The notes below the pieces were generated by a model that saw nothing but the letters and a program-made list of their open reading frames with translations, had not been told where the DNA came from and did not search any database. A DNA stretch of 42,839 nt from Kiritimatiellia bacterium. Lineage in GTDB: Bacteria > Verrucomicrobiota > Kiritimatiellia > UBA8416 > SLMC01. The position numbers and the translations under genes are program-made. Every line of letters starts with the position of its first letter. Position 1 is the stretch's first letter. This document shows positions 9,537 to 18,560 of the stretch, piece by piece. The stretch lies in the NCBI GenBank assembly GCA_007134465.1, contig SLKS01000064.1, forward strand, positions 1 through 42,839. The letters run 5' to 3'.

Positions 9537-10922
9537 TTAACTGTAGACGTTTTCGACTTTGGAACGGATGTCGCGGAACCCGATGTCTACCGAATAGATT
9601 TGCTTGTAGTAGCGAGCGGCTTCCTCGCGTTTCTCGAGCAGTTCGTGGATTTCGCCCAGTTCGTACAGGATGTTTTTCTTGGTCGCGTCCATGCCTTCGA
9701 TTTCGGCGGCGGCCTGGTTCAACTGGTCTATGGCCAGATCGTACTGCTTTTTGCGGCGGAAACAGATGGCCATGTAATACAGCGACTTCTGGCGGTGCTG
9801 CGGGCTTCGCTGCGAGCGCTGGAATTCCTGGATGGCCTCGTCAAGATAATCGTTTTCGAAGAGGGCAAAGCCCCATTCGTAGCGGAGCTTGAGGTCGTTG
9901 GGATAGCGTTGAACGCGTTCCTGAAGGTTTTCGAAGGCGTACACCGTTCTTTCCCCGGCTTTCTGTTGCGCCCCCTGTTCGTCGCCGCTTTCCTTGAGTC
10001 GGGCGATTTCATGGTCGAACTGCTGCAAAGTGGCCGAACTGAGCGCCTGATCCAGCTCGGGATCGCCCGGACTGACCGTCAAGGCCTTTTGCAGGGTGGC
10101 GATTCCCTGGGCGAAATCCTTGTTGCCGATATGCAGGCGCGCCAGGGCGCGGTAATAGTTGATGTTGCCGGGTTCGGCCTCGATTTTGGCCTGGGTTTCG
10201 GCGATGAGCGCTTCGGTATCGCGATCCGACTTGACCGCCTTGGCCTGTTTCTCCAACATGACGGCCTCTTGCGAGTCCTTCATCATTTCACGGAAGGACT
10301 GGCCTTTATCGGACGCTTCTTGCCAGCCGTCCTTGGTCATGCTGTCCAGCGCCATGGCGTCCTTGACGGCTTTAAGGATTTCCGGGTCTTTCGGGCACAG
10401 CGCGCCCAGGCGCTCGTAAAGCGAGCGGGCTTCCTTGGTACGCTTGGTTTCCAGATAGAGCCGCCCCAAAAACCTCAGGAGCGCAACGTTGTCGGGAAAA
10501 TGTTCGCGGCCGATTTCAAGCGCCTGGATCGCCACCTCCGGCAACTCGAGGTTTTCCGCGCTTTGGGCGAAGAGAACGATCGTCTTCAGATCGAGCGGAT
10601 CGCGGTTGAGCATGGTGTCGGTCAGCAGGAAAGTTTTGGCGCTTTTGCCCGAGCTCAAATAGAGCGAAGCCAGAACGTAGGAGGGCAGGTTCTTTAGGGT
10701 GACCAGCATGCCGCCCACCTTGCCGCCCCCCTGTTTCTTCCTGTGCTGGAGGCGTGCCGCCCACAGAAACTTGCGCGCTTTCAGGAAGGCGGGCTCGGCC
10801 TTGAGGCAGGTGGAAAAGAGCGAGATGGCATATTCGGCATGTCCCCGCTCCAGGGTGCCGAGCGCCTTGTTGAACATTTCCAGCGCCTTGGGCGATACAG
10901 TATCCACGGCTTCTTCCGTCAT
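9537..10922 (-). CDS. Tetratricopeptide repeat protein
   Basis: Repeated helical TPR-like units (e.g. YLDEAIQEFQRS, YELGEIHE..EEAARYYKQIY). ATG 10922 has GAGAGG upstream and the stop abuts the lpxK start. Confidence 0.8.
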   Translation of the reverse strand: MTEEAVDTVSPKALEMFNKALGTLERGHAEYAISLFSTCLKAEPAFLKARKFLWAARLQHRKKQGGGKVGGMLVTLKNLPSYVLASLYLSSGKSAKTFLLTDTMLNRDPLDLKTIVLFAQSAENLELPEVAIQALEIGREHFPDNVALLRFLGRLYLETKRTKEARSLYERLGALCPKDPEILKAVKDAMALDSMTKDGWQEASDKGQSFREMMKDSQEAVMLEKQAKAVKSDRDTEALIAETQAKIEAEPGNINYYRALARLHIGNKDFAQGIATLQKALTVSPGDPELDQALSSATLQQFDHEIARLKESGDEQGAQQKAGERTVYAFENLQERVQRYPNDLKLRYEWGFALFENDYLDEAIQEFQRSQRSPQHRQKSLYYMAICFRRKKQYDLAIDQLNQAAAEIEGMDATKKNILYELGEIHELLEKREEAARYYKQIYSVDIGFRDIRSKVENVYS

Positions 10923-11068
10923 AAGCGCAAACCCTCTCGTTGGCGTTTGGAACATTGAAACGAGGGCATTAATGCACAAAGGCATAGCGGCGTCAAGTCG
11001 CATTCGCGGCCGATCGCAACGAAATTGCCATTGCTTTTCGCCGGGAACGGCGCTAGACGTGTTCGCCC

Positions 11069-12349
11069 ATGAAAACGAGCGGTGTTCAACGGCCCGTGGT
11101 TCGTCGTGCGCTCGCGCGCGCGCTTGGAGCCGTCTGGCTGGCGGCGGGATGCGCCGCCGCCGCGCCGGACGTGCCCTTGTCGGCGCTGGCTTCGCGACAC
11201 CGGCTCAAGCTGACGGTCGCGGACGGAGGCGCGGGAATCGCGCTGACGGGAGAGAACATCCTGCTGGCGCTGAAAGCCGACAGCCGCGAAGCCATGTTCA
11301 ACGGTGTGCGGGTCTGGCTGCACAAGCCGGTCCTGAAACATCGGCGCCGATGGCTCGTGTCCCATGCGGATGCCGACACAGTCATTAATCCGCTTTTCTC
11401 GGTCCGCAAAGCCCGGCCGCCGGCCGATTCCATGAACGTCATGCTCGACCCCGGCCATGGCGGAACGGATAGCGGCGCGATCGGCCTGTCCGGCAGCGAA
11501 GAAAAGACGTGGACGCTGGACATTGCCCGGCGGACCCGCCTCCGTCTGGAACGGGCCGGCGCGACCGTGCGCGCGACACGCGAGACGGATGTCGCCGTCG
11601 GGCTGCGCAAACGGGCGGCGCTGGCCAAGGAGTGGGGCGCGGACGTGTTTGTCAGCATTCATCTCAATGCGGCGACCAATCCCAAGGCGCAAGGCGTGGA
11701 AACCTATGTGCTGACGCCGGCCGGTCTGCCTTCGACGGCGAACGCGGCCACGGATCCCGCCGCCTATTCCGGGCATCGGCACGGGGCGGCCAACATGCGG
11801 CTGGCCTACAAAGCCCATCATCGCATGCTGGACCGAACCGGCGCGCCGGATCGCGGCTTGCGCCATGCCCGTTTCGAGGTTCTCAAGCATGCGCCATGTC
11901 CGGCAATTCTGGTGGAAGCCGGCTTTCTTTCCCATCGCGAGGAAGAGAAGAAACTGCTGGACGAAGCCTATCGCGACCGCATCGCCGACGCATTGGCGGA
12001 GGGTGTTATGGCCTATTTCGGGCGGCCTCTGCCGCCGGCCAGCGCGAGCACGAGCATGAGCGGGAGGCCGATGCCGCGCACGAGCAACGGGCTCCAGAAA
12101 CTGTTGACCGCAAAGCCGAGCATGGCCCCGAACGCGCCAAGCGCGATCCCGCGCTCGACAGGGTCGTGCGCTTGCGAAAAGGATTTCAGGGCGCCGATCA
12201 TGGCTTGGATCAGCAAGGCGACCAAGCAGAGCGCGCCGGGCAATCCAATCGTCGAGCCGACCACGAGATACAGGTTTTGCGAATCCGGTTCGGCCGGTTC
12301 GGCCTTGTCCGGCAGGCTGCCGAACCACAGTCCGATATTGCGCTGGTAG
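11069..12349 (+). CDS. N-acetylmuramoyl-L-alanine amidase (Amidase_3) with long C-terminal read-through
   Basis: MLDPGHGGTDSGA, EK, FVSIHLNA and PAILVEAGFLS. The domain ends near 12020 and the ORF then runs antisense into the next gene. Confidence 0.85.
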   Translation: MKTSGVQRPVVRRALARALGAVWLAAGCAAAAPDVPLSALASRHRLKLTVADGGAGIALTGENILLALKADSREAMFNGVRVWLHKPVLKHRRRWLVSHADADTVINPLFSVRKARPPADSMNVMLDPGHGGTDSGAIGLSGSEEKTWTLDIARRTRLRLERAGATVRATRETDVAVGLRKRAALAKEWGADVFVSIHLNAATNPKAQGVETYVLTPAGLPSTANAATDPAAYSGHRHGAANMRLAYKAHHRMLDRTGAPDRGLRHARFEVLKHAPCPAILVEAGFLSHREEEKKLLDEAYRDRIADALAEGVMAYFGRPLPPASASTSMSGRPMPRTSNGLQKLLTAKPSMAPNAPSAIPRSTGSCACEKDFRAPIMAWISKATKQSAPGNPIVEPTTRYRFCESGSAGSALSGRLPNHSPILRW

Positions 12350-13260
12350 TTGCCCAGCCCCACGCCCCGCCACGGTTGATCGCCGATCATGAACAGCGCC
12401 GCCTGCCATTCGGCATAGCGTTCGTGCATCATGGATTCGTCGTCCGGCTCGCACAGCATGACGGAACGATGCAGAATTTCGGCATTGTCGCGCGGGAGCA
12501 AGGGGCGCACCGCTCCGGCCGCCAGCAGGGCGACCGCCAGCAAAACCAGAAACGTGCGCGTTCCGCGTGTCAGCGCCAGGGCGGCGAACGCCAGGGCGAT
12601 GGCCAGAAAGCTGCCGCCGGCCAGCAAAACGCTTGCCCCCGCGACAATCAGCAGGCCGTATCCGGCCCGGCGCAGGCGATGCGGATCGTACAGCAGCAAT
12701 CCGAAGGCCAGCGGCAGCATCATCGCCAGATAGCCGCCGAACACGTTCCGGTTCCCGAAGGTGGCCCGCACGCCGAAATCGGGGACGGACGGCGTCCAGT
12801 AATGAACAAGGCCCAATCCGACGACCGCCGCCGCCATGCCAAGCAGGAGCCAGGCGATGCGGCGGCGCGGAACCAACAGGCCGCATACGCCGGAAAACAG
12901 GACAAACGCCATTAGCAGATATTCGATCCATTGAAAGAGATCCTTGGCGGCGAGCAGCCGGTCGCCCGCGCGCGGCACGGACAGGGCGGCGGCCGCGACA
13001 AGCAGCGCATGGAGCAAGGGCGGACTGATCGCGCGCCATCGCGCGCGCCAGAGCGAACCGGCCGGTTCGGACTCGGCTGCCGGCCGTTCGCCGAAACAAT
13101 AGACCAGCCAGGCGGCGAATGCCAGCCACACGAGCGGATCCGCAACGGACAGCGTCGCGCGGTCCAGAATGCGGATGCCGTACTGGGTCGGCGCTACAAC
13201 GGCAATGGCGACGGTTCCCCAGACGGCAACGCGACGCGCAATGGCAGGCACGGTTTTCAC
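12013..13260 (-). CDS. O-antigen ligase (WaaL/Wzy_C)-like membrane protein
   Basis: Multi-TM protein. RATFGNRNVFGGYL, ER..W..A..MI.DQPWRGVGLGNY and NLYL..GLPG motifs. Confidence 0.8.
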   Translation of the reverse strand: MKTVPAIARRVAVWGTVAIAVVAPTQYGIRILDRATLSVADPLVWLAFAAWLVYCFGERPAAESEPAGSLWRARWRAISPPLLHALLVAAAALSVPRAGDRLLAAKDLFQWIEYLLMAFVLFSGVCGLLVPRRRIAWLLLGMAAAVVGLGLVHYWTPSVPDFGVRATFGNRNVFGGYLAMMLPLAFGLLLYDPHRLRRAGYGLLIVAGASVLLAGGSFLAIALAFAALALTRGTRTFLVLLAVALLAAGAVRPLLPRDNAEILHRSVMLCEPDDESMMHERYAEWQAALFMIGDQPWRGVGLGNYQRNIGLWFGSLPDKAEPAEPDSQNLYLVVGSTIGLPGALCLVALLIQAMIGALKSFSQAHDPVERGIALGAFGAMLGFAVNSFWSPLLVRGIGLPLMLVLALAGGRGRPK

Positions 13261-13407
13261 GAAGCGCTCCTCCGCCGCCAGCCGCTCCCGCCCGCCGCCG
13301 GCAATCGCTGTTTCCGATTCTCTTTCATCCTGTTTCCCCGCTTGCGGAACCCGGTTGCCGTACCGCCCCGCGCGTTTCCCCGCCGCCGGATTCGGCCGAA
13401 AGCCGCC

Positions 13408-13860
13408 TCAGGCCTGACCGGACCGGCGCGCGGCCTTGCGCGGACAGGCGCGGCCGGTTGCCGCCTTCTTCCGCGAGGTCGTCGGCAGGAACGGCTTGAC
13501 GAATGCGTCGTAGAAATTGTAGCCGTCAACGAAATCGTCGCGCTGATCGCGCTCGGTCTTGCCGAGAATGCCGGCTTCCACCAAATGGAACACGATCGTT
13601 CCGAAGTCTTCGGTACGCGCAATGCCCCATGAATCGAGCACGGTGCGCGCCATCGGCCCGTACTCCTGCACCGCATAGGCGCGAATGCCCTCGAGCAGTT
13701 CCTGTCCCGTCACATGCCTGTGTTCGCCTTGGACGGGCTTCTTCAGCATGCGCGAAGTGAAATCCAGCGCTTCACGCACGAAAAAATAGGCGTCGGCATC
13801 GAAATGCGGATCCTTTTCGCGTATGCGCCCCACGATGTCGGCAAACATTCCCTCCTGCAT
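13408..13860 (-). CDS. Verruc/Plancto-restricted (Minf_1886-like) protein
   Basis: KDPHFDADAYFFVREAL, HVTGQELLEGIR, YGPMARTVL.SWGI..TEDFG.IVFHLVE. AAGGAG RBS. Confidence 0.85.
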   Translation of the reverse strand: MQEGMFADIVGRIREKDPHFDADAYFFVREALDFTSRMLKKPVQGEHRHVTGQELLEGIRAYAVQEYGPMARTVLDSWGIARTEDFGTIVFHLVEAGILGKTERDQRDDFVDGYNFYDAFVKPFLPTTSRKKAATGRACPRKAARRSGQA

Positions 13861-13884
13861 GCGAGTTTCTCCTTCCCATAGAGG

Positions 13885-14310
13885 TTATTCCGCCTCCAGC
13901 CCCTGACGAATGCGGTCGGCAAAACTCGCCATTTCTTCCGGCTGTTCGTATTGGCGCGGCGTCCAGTTGAAGGAATGGCCGTCGGAAGCGAAGCGCGGTA
14001 TGACGTGAAAATGAACGTGCGGCACGATCTGCCCGGCGGATTCGCCGTTGGCCTGCGCGATATTGACGCCGCTGGCGCCCAGCCCGGCGAACTGCGCGCG
14101 GGCAATGCGCTGGACGACAACGATCAGCTCGCGCAACAGATCGGGCGGCGTCGTCGTGATCGGATCGTGATGGGCCTTGGGAATCACCAGCGTATGCCCC
14201 TTGACGACCGGACCTATATCCATGAAGGCCAGCGTGCGGGCGTCCTCGTACACGCGAGTGGACGGCAGCTCGCCGGCGACAATTTTGCAGAAAACGCAAT
14301 CCTTGTTCAT
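13885..14310 (-). CDS. HIT (histidine triad) family nucleotide hydrolase
   Basis: DCVFCKIVAGELP, GHTLVIPK and AGQIVPHVHFHVIPR. AAGGAG RBS before ATG 14310. Confidence 0.95.
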   Translation of the reverse strand: MNKDCVFCKIVAGELPSTRVYEDARTLAFMDIGPVVKGHTLVIPKAHHDPITTTPPDLLRELIVVVQRIARAQFAGLGASGVNIAQANGESAGQIVPHVHFHVIPRFASDGHSFNWTPRQYEQPEEMASFADRIRQGLEAE

Positions 14311-14401
14311 ACGCCACTCCTTGTTTTGCTGTTGCGTTCCGTCTAGCAATAGGGTATAAGTTGAGAAAAGTAAACAGCGAAAAACGATCAAGGAGCGGAT
14401 C

Positions 14402-15064
14402 ATGAGGACGAATACGGCCAGACTGTGGATCGTGGCGCTTTCGATGTCGGCCCTGCTGTCGGGCGGCGCGACGGCCGGACCCGTGGGCCTGTCGCTCAAA
14501 GCGAATACACTCGGAGTCGGCGCCGACCTTACCGTGAACATGGGCAAATGGTTGAACGCGCGAGCCGGAATCAATTACGGGCAATTCGATTTCGCGTTTT
14601 CCATGGACGAAGCGGATGTCATAGGCGAACTGCGCTGGCGCACGATCCCGGTTCTGCTGGACTGGCATCCGACCGGAAAACAATTCCGTTTCTCGCTGGG
14701 CGGCATGTTCAACGGCAACCGAATCGGCGTGTCGGCCGACCCCTACGAACCGATAAAATTTCAGGGAACGAACTATTCGATCGACGGGCTGGACGGCAGC
14801 ATCGAATTCGATCGGTTTTCGCCCTATCTCGGCATCGGCTACGGCAATGCGACCGGCGACGGCCGCTTCCACTTCGCTTGCGATATCGGCATCATGTATC
14901 ACGGCAAGCCGATCGTCCGCGCCACCGTGCAATCCAGCTTGCCGCCCGCTCTCCAGGAACAATTGGACCGCGATTTCGAACGAGAACTGGACGAATTCCG
15001 CGACAGCATCTCCGACTGGCGTTATTATCCGCTCGTTTCCATCGGTTTTTCGTTCTCGTTCTAA
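14402..15064 (+). CDS. Outer-membrane beta-barrel protein
   Basis: Signal peptide, amphipathic beta-strands (TLGVGADL, SPYLGIGYGN) and C-terminal SIGFSFSF. AAGGAG RBS. Confidence 0.75.
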   Translation: MRTNTARLWIVALSMSALLSGGATAGPVGLSLKANTLGVGADLTVNMGKWLNARAGINYGQFDFAFSMDEADVIGELRWRTIPVLLDWHPTGKQFRFSLGGMFNGNRIGVSADPYEPIKFQGTNYSIDGLDGSIEFDRFSPYLGIGYGNATGDGRFHFACDIGIMYHGKPIVRATVQSSLPPALQEQLDRDFERELDEFRDSISDWRYYPLVSIGFSFSF

Positions 15065-15240
15065 AACAAATCCGCATCTGGACGGCATTCCGGAAACAGC
15101 GGCGCTGATTGCCGAACGAAGCCGAACGGTTGGGCTATGTCCCGGAAGAACCGCGATTTTCCGACCTGCCGTCCTTCATTCCGCGCTCCTTCAGGTTTCC
15201 TTCGTGCTTGGGCATTTCGTCATTCGGATTTCTCTTCCGG

Positions 15241-16017
15241 TTATCCCCCAAGAAATCCGGCAACGGCTTCGAGCATCTCTACCGAGAGCCGTTCGAAGAA
15301 ATCGCTGCCGAACTGCAAGGTGAACGCCAGCATGCCAATCCCGGCCAGCAGCCGGAACGGCAGGGCCAGGAACAGGATGTTGAAATCAGGCGCCAGCCGC
15401 CCGATCAGTCCGAACGAGGCGTTCACGATCAGCGCTGCGCCCATCACCGGCAGCGCCAGCGTCAAGCCCAGCGTAAACAGACGCGAACCGAGTCCGACAA
15501 TCGCCGCCGCGGCGGCGGTCTGGCCTGGATCGGGCAGGCGCGGACCGGCCTGAAAGCTCAGCGCCAGAATGCGCAACAGCGCCAGATGCCCGTCGAACAG
15601 CAGGAACAGGAGAATAAAGATCGTTTGCAGCAGTTGCGTTGTAAGAGGATTCGACGCGCCACCGATCGGGTCCACGCTGCGCGCCATCATAAGCGCGCTG
15701 GCCCGGCCCACATTCGCGCCGGCGAAGTCCAGGACGGCCACGAAAATGTTGCAGATCAGCGCCGTGCCGACCCCCAGAAACAGCTCGGCCCCCATCGCGT
15801 AGGCCAGCGTGCCGAAATCGTTCATGCCGCGCGCGGCCGTCATCCAGCTTTCCGGCAACGTAGGCAGAATCGCCACCGCCATGGCCAGCGCGAACGCCAC
15901 GCGCATGCGCGGCGACAACCGCGCTCCTCCGTAGAACGGAGTCAGTGCCACAATCCCCATGATGCGCGCGATCACCAGCAAAAGCACCTGCGGAAGATGG
16001 CCTAGAGAAAGGGTCAT
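15241..16017 (-). CDS. fliR: Flagellar export apparatus protein FliR
   Basis: 258 aa hydrophobic protein. LLVIARIMG..P.Y, LFLLFDGHL, LTLALPV and GLIGRLAPDFNILFLALP. Confidence 0.9.
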   Translation of the reverse strand: MTLSLGHLPQVLLLVIARIMGIVALTPFYGGARLSPRMRVAFALAMAVAILPTLPESWMTAARGMNDFGTLAYAMGAELFLGVGTALICNIFVAVLDFAGANVGRASALMMARSVDPIGGASNPLTTQLLQTIFILLFLLFDGHLALLRILALSFQAGPRLPDPGQTAAAAAIVGLGSRLFTLGLTLALPVMGAALIVNASFGLIGRLAPDFNILFLALPFRLLAGIGMLAFTLQFGSDFFERLSVEMLEAVAGFLGG

Positions 16018-16164
16018 GTCTTCGTTCGTTGTTCTTCGTTCGTTGTTCGTTGTTGGGCGGTTGCGCTCGCAGCTTTCTATGCCGACTGACCTTATTGACC
16101 GTATTGACCCTATGGACGGCGCGGGCAACATAACCGCTTGTTCTCACTCGTTACGCGCGCAGAA

Positions 16165-16180
16165 AGCAGTCGCGATGCCA
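16165..16180 (-). promoter_or_regulatory. sigma54 (-24/-12) promoter for fliR
   Basis: Minus strand TGGCATCGCGACTGCT = GG-N10-GC, matching TGGCAY-N-YTGCW, about 150 nt upstream of the fliR ATG. Confidence 0.75.
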
Positions 16181-16190
16181 TAGAGGGGAT

Positions 16191-16227
16191 GAAGAGAGGG
16201 ATGAGGGCGGAAACCTGAAACCTGAAG
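16191..16227. repeat. Dispersed 37-bp repeat B (GAAGAGAGGGATGAGGGCGGAAACCTGAAACCTGAAG)
   Basis: Exact inverted copies at 26883-26919 and 38125-38161. Partial copies at about 16298-16322, 19943-19971, 20895-20919 and 15189-15200. Confidence 0.9.
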
Positions 16228-16551
16228 AGAGGGATGCTTGCCCGCCGGCTTGTCCTGAGTCGCTGTTGCGCAGAAGGGAGCGCTCGGGCGGAGGCGGGAG
16301 GGCGGAAACCTGAAACCTGAAGGAGCGTGGAAGGCAAGCCCCGCTCCGTGTCACCCCGTCACCGGGCAAGCCACGCCGGAGGCTTCCCCCATCCTTGTCT
16401 CGATCATCGTCCCGATCGCTGTCGCCGACGATCAAGACAAGGATCGTGACAACGATGAAGACCGACGAAGATCGCGACAAGGATGAAGCCGACCCACCCC
16501 CCTTCCGGCATCATCTTTGGCCGAACGCTTCGTTCAATCTTCTCCCGGAAT

Positions 16552-16594
16552 TGTCAAACTTCGGGAGTCCCCCGGCAGAGCCGGGGGCTTACCC
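16552..16594. mobile_element. Hairpin resembling an IS200/IS605-type element end (no transposase)
   Basis: Perfect stem CCCCCGGC-AGA-GCCGGGGG (16569-16587). The minus strand reads AAGCCCCCGGCTCTGCCGGGGGACTCCCGAAGTTTGACA, which I recall as similar to IS200-type ends (not verified). Confidence 0.4.
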
Positions 16595-16602
16595 TGTTCT
16601 GT

Positions 16603-16794
16603 TAGACGGCATCCGAAAAGAGTCTGCCTGCACAGGTTGTCATCCCGCGCGTCCCGCCGTAGTTTGTTGTTCACGAAGGCGGAAGCCTGCGAGGGATCTC
16701 GGCGGAACGCCGCTACACAAAGGGGTTTCGCGAAGCGAGATTCCTCGCAAGCTCGGAATGACAAACATACCCGACCCTTTTCGGATGTCGTCTA
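16603..16794. mobile_element. MITE-like element with 20-bp terminal inverted repeats and nested REP-like palindrome
   Basis: TA-GACGGCATCCGAAAAGAGTC ... GACCCTTTTCGGATGTCGTC-TA (18/20). Interior TGTCATCCCG..GCGAGGGATCTC ... GAGATTCCTCGC..CGGAATGACA. Confidence 0.7.
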
Positions 16795-17162
16795 GTTAAT
16801 GACGTTGTGCGCGGCGAAAAAAAGGCGACAGGCTGCAGCATAGCGCTTGCTAATTGGCGCGGGATCGGGCAGGTTCCACCCATAATGCACGGGCACGGAG
16901 TGAGCCTTGACGGCCTGTGGAGCAACAACCACGAAGAGCGCGAAGAGCACGAAGATTTTGGCCCGCGAATGGACGCGAATGAAGAAGATTTAACCACGGA
17001 AAACGCGGAATACACGGAAGAAGATTAGGGCGAAAGATTACGGCGAAAGATTAGGGGTCGGGCATGCCACGCCGTAGGCTTTGCGAAGGCGGGCGGGTGG
17101 TGAAAAAAGAAAGTTTAACCACGGAGCGCACGGAGAACACGGAGGGCTATCAGGCGGACATA

Positions 17163-17347
17163 CTAGGCCTGGAATAAGCGAGGGTTTCGTCGCGAGAGTG
17201 CGCAAACGTCTGCGGATGGGGTGCTTGAGACGGGGCGCGCGATTCTCGCATATTGAAATATGGGTGAAATGCGCGCCCCGCCTCAAGTGCCGCAGGCGTT
17301 GGCGTTGGCGTGCTCGTAGCAGAAAAACTCGCTTATTTTAGGACTAG
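17163..17347. mobile_element. 185-bp foldback/MITE-like element bounded by CTAG
   Basis: Left CTAGGCCTGGAATAAGCGAGGGTTTC versus reverse complement of right CTAGTCCTAAAATAAGCGAGTTTTTC. Inner arms CTTGAGACGGGGCGCGC / GCGCGCCCCGCCTCAAG close on CATAT-TGAA-ATATG. Confidence 0.75.
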
Positions 17348-17397
17348 GAACCAAGAACGAAGAACAACGAACACCCATCCGTTCGCCCATCCTCATT

Positions 17398-17434
17398 CAT
17401 CACTCATCATTCCGCACTCATCATTCTCTTCCCC
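17398..17434. repeat. Repeat A copy 1 (CATCATT heptamer core TCATCATTCCGCATTCATCATTCTCTT)
   Basis: One of 8 copies: pyrimidine orientation at 17398-17434, 18621-18651, 21144-21172 and 26928-26965, purine orientation at 19914-19949, 20817-20855, 23977-24011 and 30176-30213. Confidence 0.9.
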
Positions 17435-17440
17435 GGTCGG

Positions 17441-18178
17441 CTACGCGATGGCGAAGAAATGCGGGGGATGGTCCGATTCGTCTTCCTGCAGCCGCCTTTC
17501 TTCCTGCTCCTGGCGGAGGGCTTCCGATTTTTCGGCGAGCGCTTCGGCTTCGATTTGGCTGGCGCGCGCGGCGATGGCGGCGTCTTCCGGCGAGGGATCG
17601 GCGGGAGCCAGCGCGGCCGCCCGCATGCGTCGGGCCTGCACGATCTTGCCGTCCGGATCGCCTGCGGGCGCATGAATGGATATGTCGGCCGAGCCGCCTA
17701 TGGCATAGGCCCGCCCGTCGGGCCCGATCTGGTATTCGTAGGTGACATTGGTCGCCCCGGCGGCGGCATGCGCCTGTTCGTGAGCGCGCACATGCGCATC
17801 GCGCTGCCGCAATTCCTCCACCTGTCTCTGCTCGCCCTCGCTCAACTCCCCTGCGCGAGGCTCGTCTTCCGCGCCGGCCGCCTCGCGACGGACGGATTCC
17901 TCCATCCGGCAACGCGAACAGACGCCGCAATAGCAAGTGCGCAAGGCAACGGAATCCTCCGCATCGCCCCGCACCGCGCGCGAACTCTCCAGCTCGGCCT
18001 GGCCCGTTTCGCGGCCCGATGGCGCATAGGTGTCTTCCGCGACTTGGCCTTGCGCATCCGGCTCTCCATACGCCCTGCCATCCGAATCCGGCATCGCGCG
18101 TCCGCGCAACGCTTCCGAAGCCCCGTAATACTCTTCGAGCCCTACAGGGACGCTTGTCGCCAGTTCCGATACCTGCAT
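17441..18178 (-). CDS. SprA-related / CJM1_0395-type putative metalloprotease family protein
   Basis: ELRQRDAHVRAHEQAHAAAG..YEYQIGPDGRAYAIGG..AALAPADPSPED signature plus a CYCGVCSRC motif. ATG 18178 has a GGAGG RBS. Confidence 0.8.
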   Translation of the reverse strand: MQVSELATSVPVGLEEYYGASEALRGRAMPDSDGRAYGEPDAQGQVAEDTYAPSGRETGQAELESSRAVRGDAEDSVALRTCYCGVCSRCRMEESVRREAAGAEDEPRAGELSEGEQRQVEELRQRDAHVRAHEQAHAAAGATNVTYEYQIGPDGRAYAIGGSADISIHAPAGDPDGKIVQARRMRAAALAPADPSPEDAAIAARASQIEAEALAEKSEALRQEQEERRLQEDESDHPPHFFAIA

Positions 18179-18198
18179 ATCGCACACCTCCAAAACCC

Positions 18199-18225
18199 TT
18201 ATCGGCGTTTCCGGGGATTTCTTAA
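18199..18225 (-). promoter_or_regulatory. sigma28 (FliA) promoter for the SprA-related gene
   Basis: Minus strand TTAAGAAA-N11-GCCGATAA: perfect -10 and correct spacing against consensus TAAAGTTT-N11-GCCGATAA, about 20 nt upstream of the ATG. Confidence 0.75.
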
Positions 18226-18560
18226 GCGGAATTTCGGGTGCGATCAACTGCTTAAGGCGGGCTTCGCCCGCAACCCAATTTGTTGTTCTACGGACGATGT
18301 CGCTCACAGAAAGTTGGCGGGGGGATTGGCGGGTTCGGCCAGATAATTGAACAGCGCGTTGTAATGGTCGTAGCGCATGTAGGAGGTTTTGCCTGCGCAG
18401 ATGCCGCCGCAGGCGCGGCTGGCGATCTTCTCGAGCACGGCCCGCTTGGCCTTGCGCGCGGCCACGGTCATTTCATGGCAAATGTCCGGATGCACGACAT
18501 AGACGATGCCGCAATAGACTTTTGGGGAAAGGCGGCGGGGCGGGCAGGCGAAGGACGACG

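Noticed and set aside
16836-16851. Additional sigma54-like box CAGCATAGCGCTTGCT
   Set aside because: Lacks the invariant GG at -24 and has no credible downstream gene.
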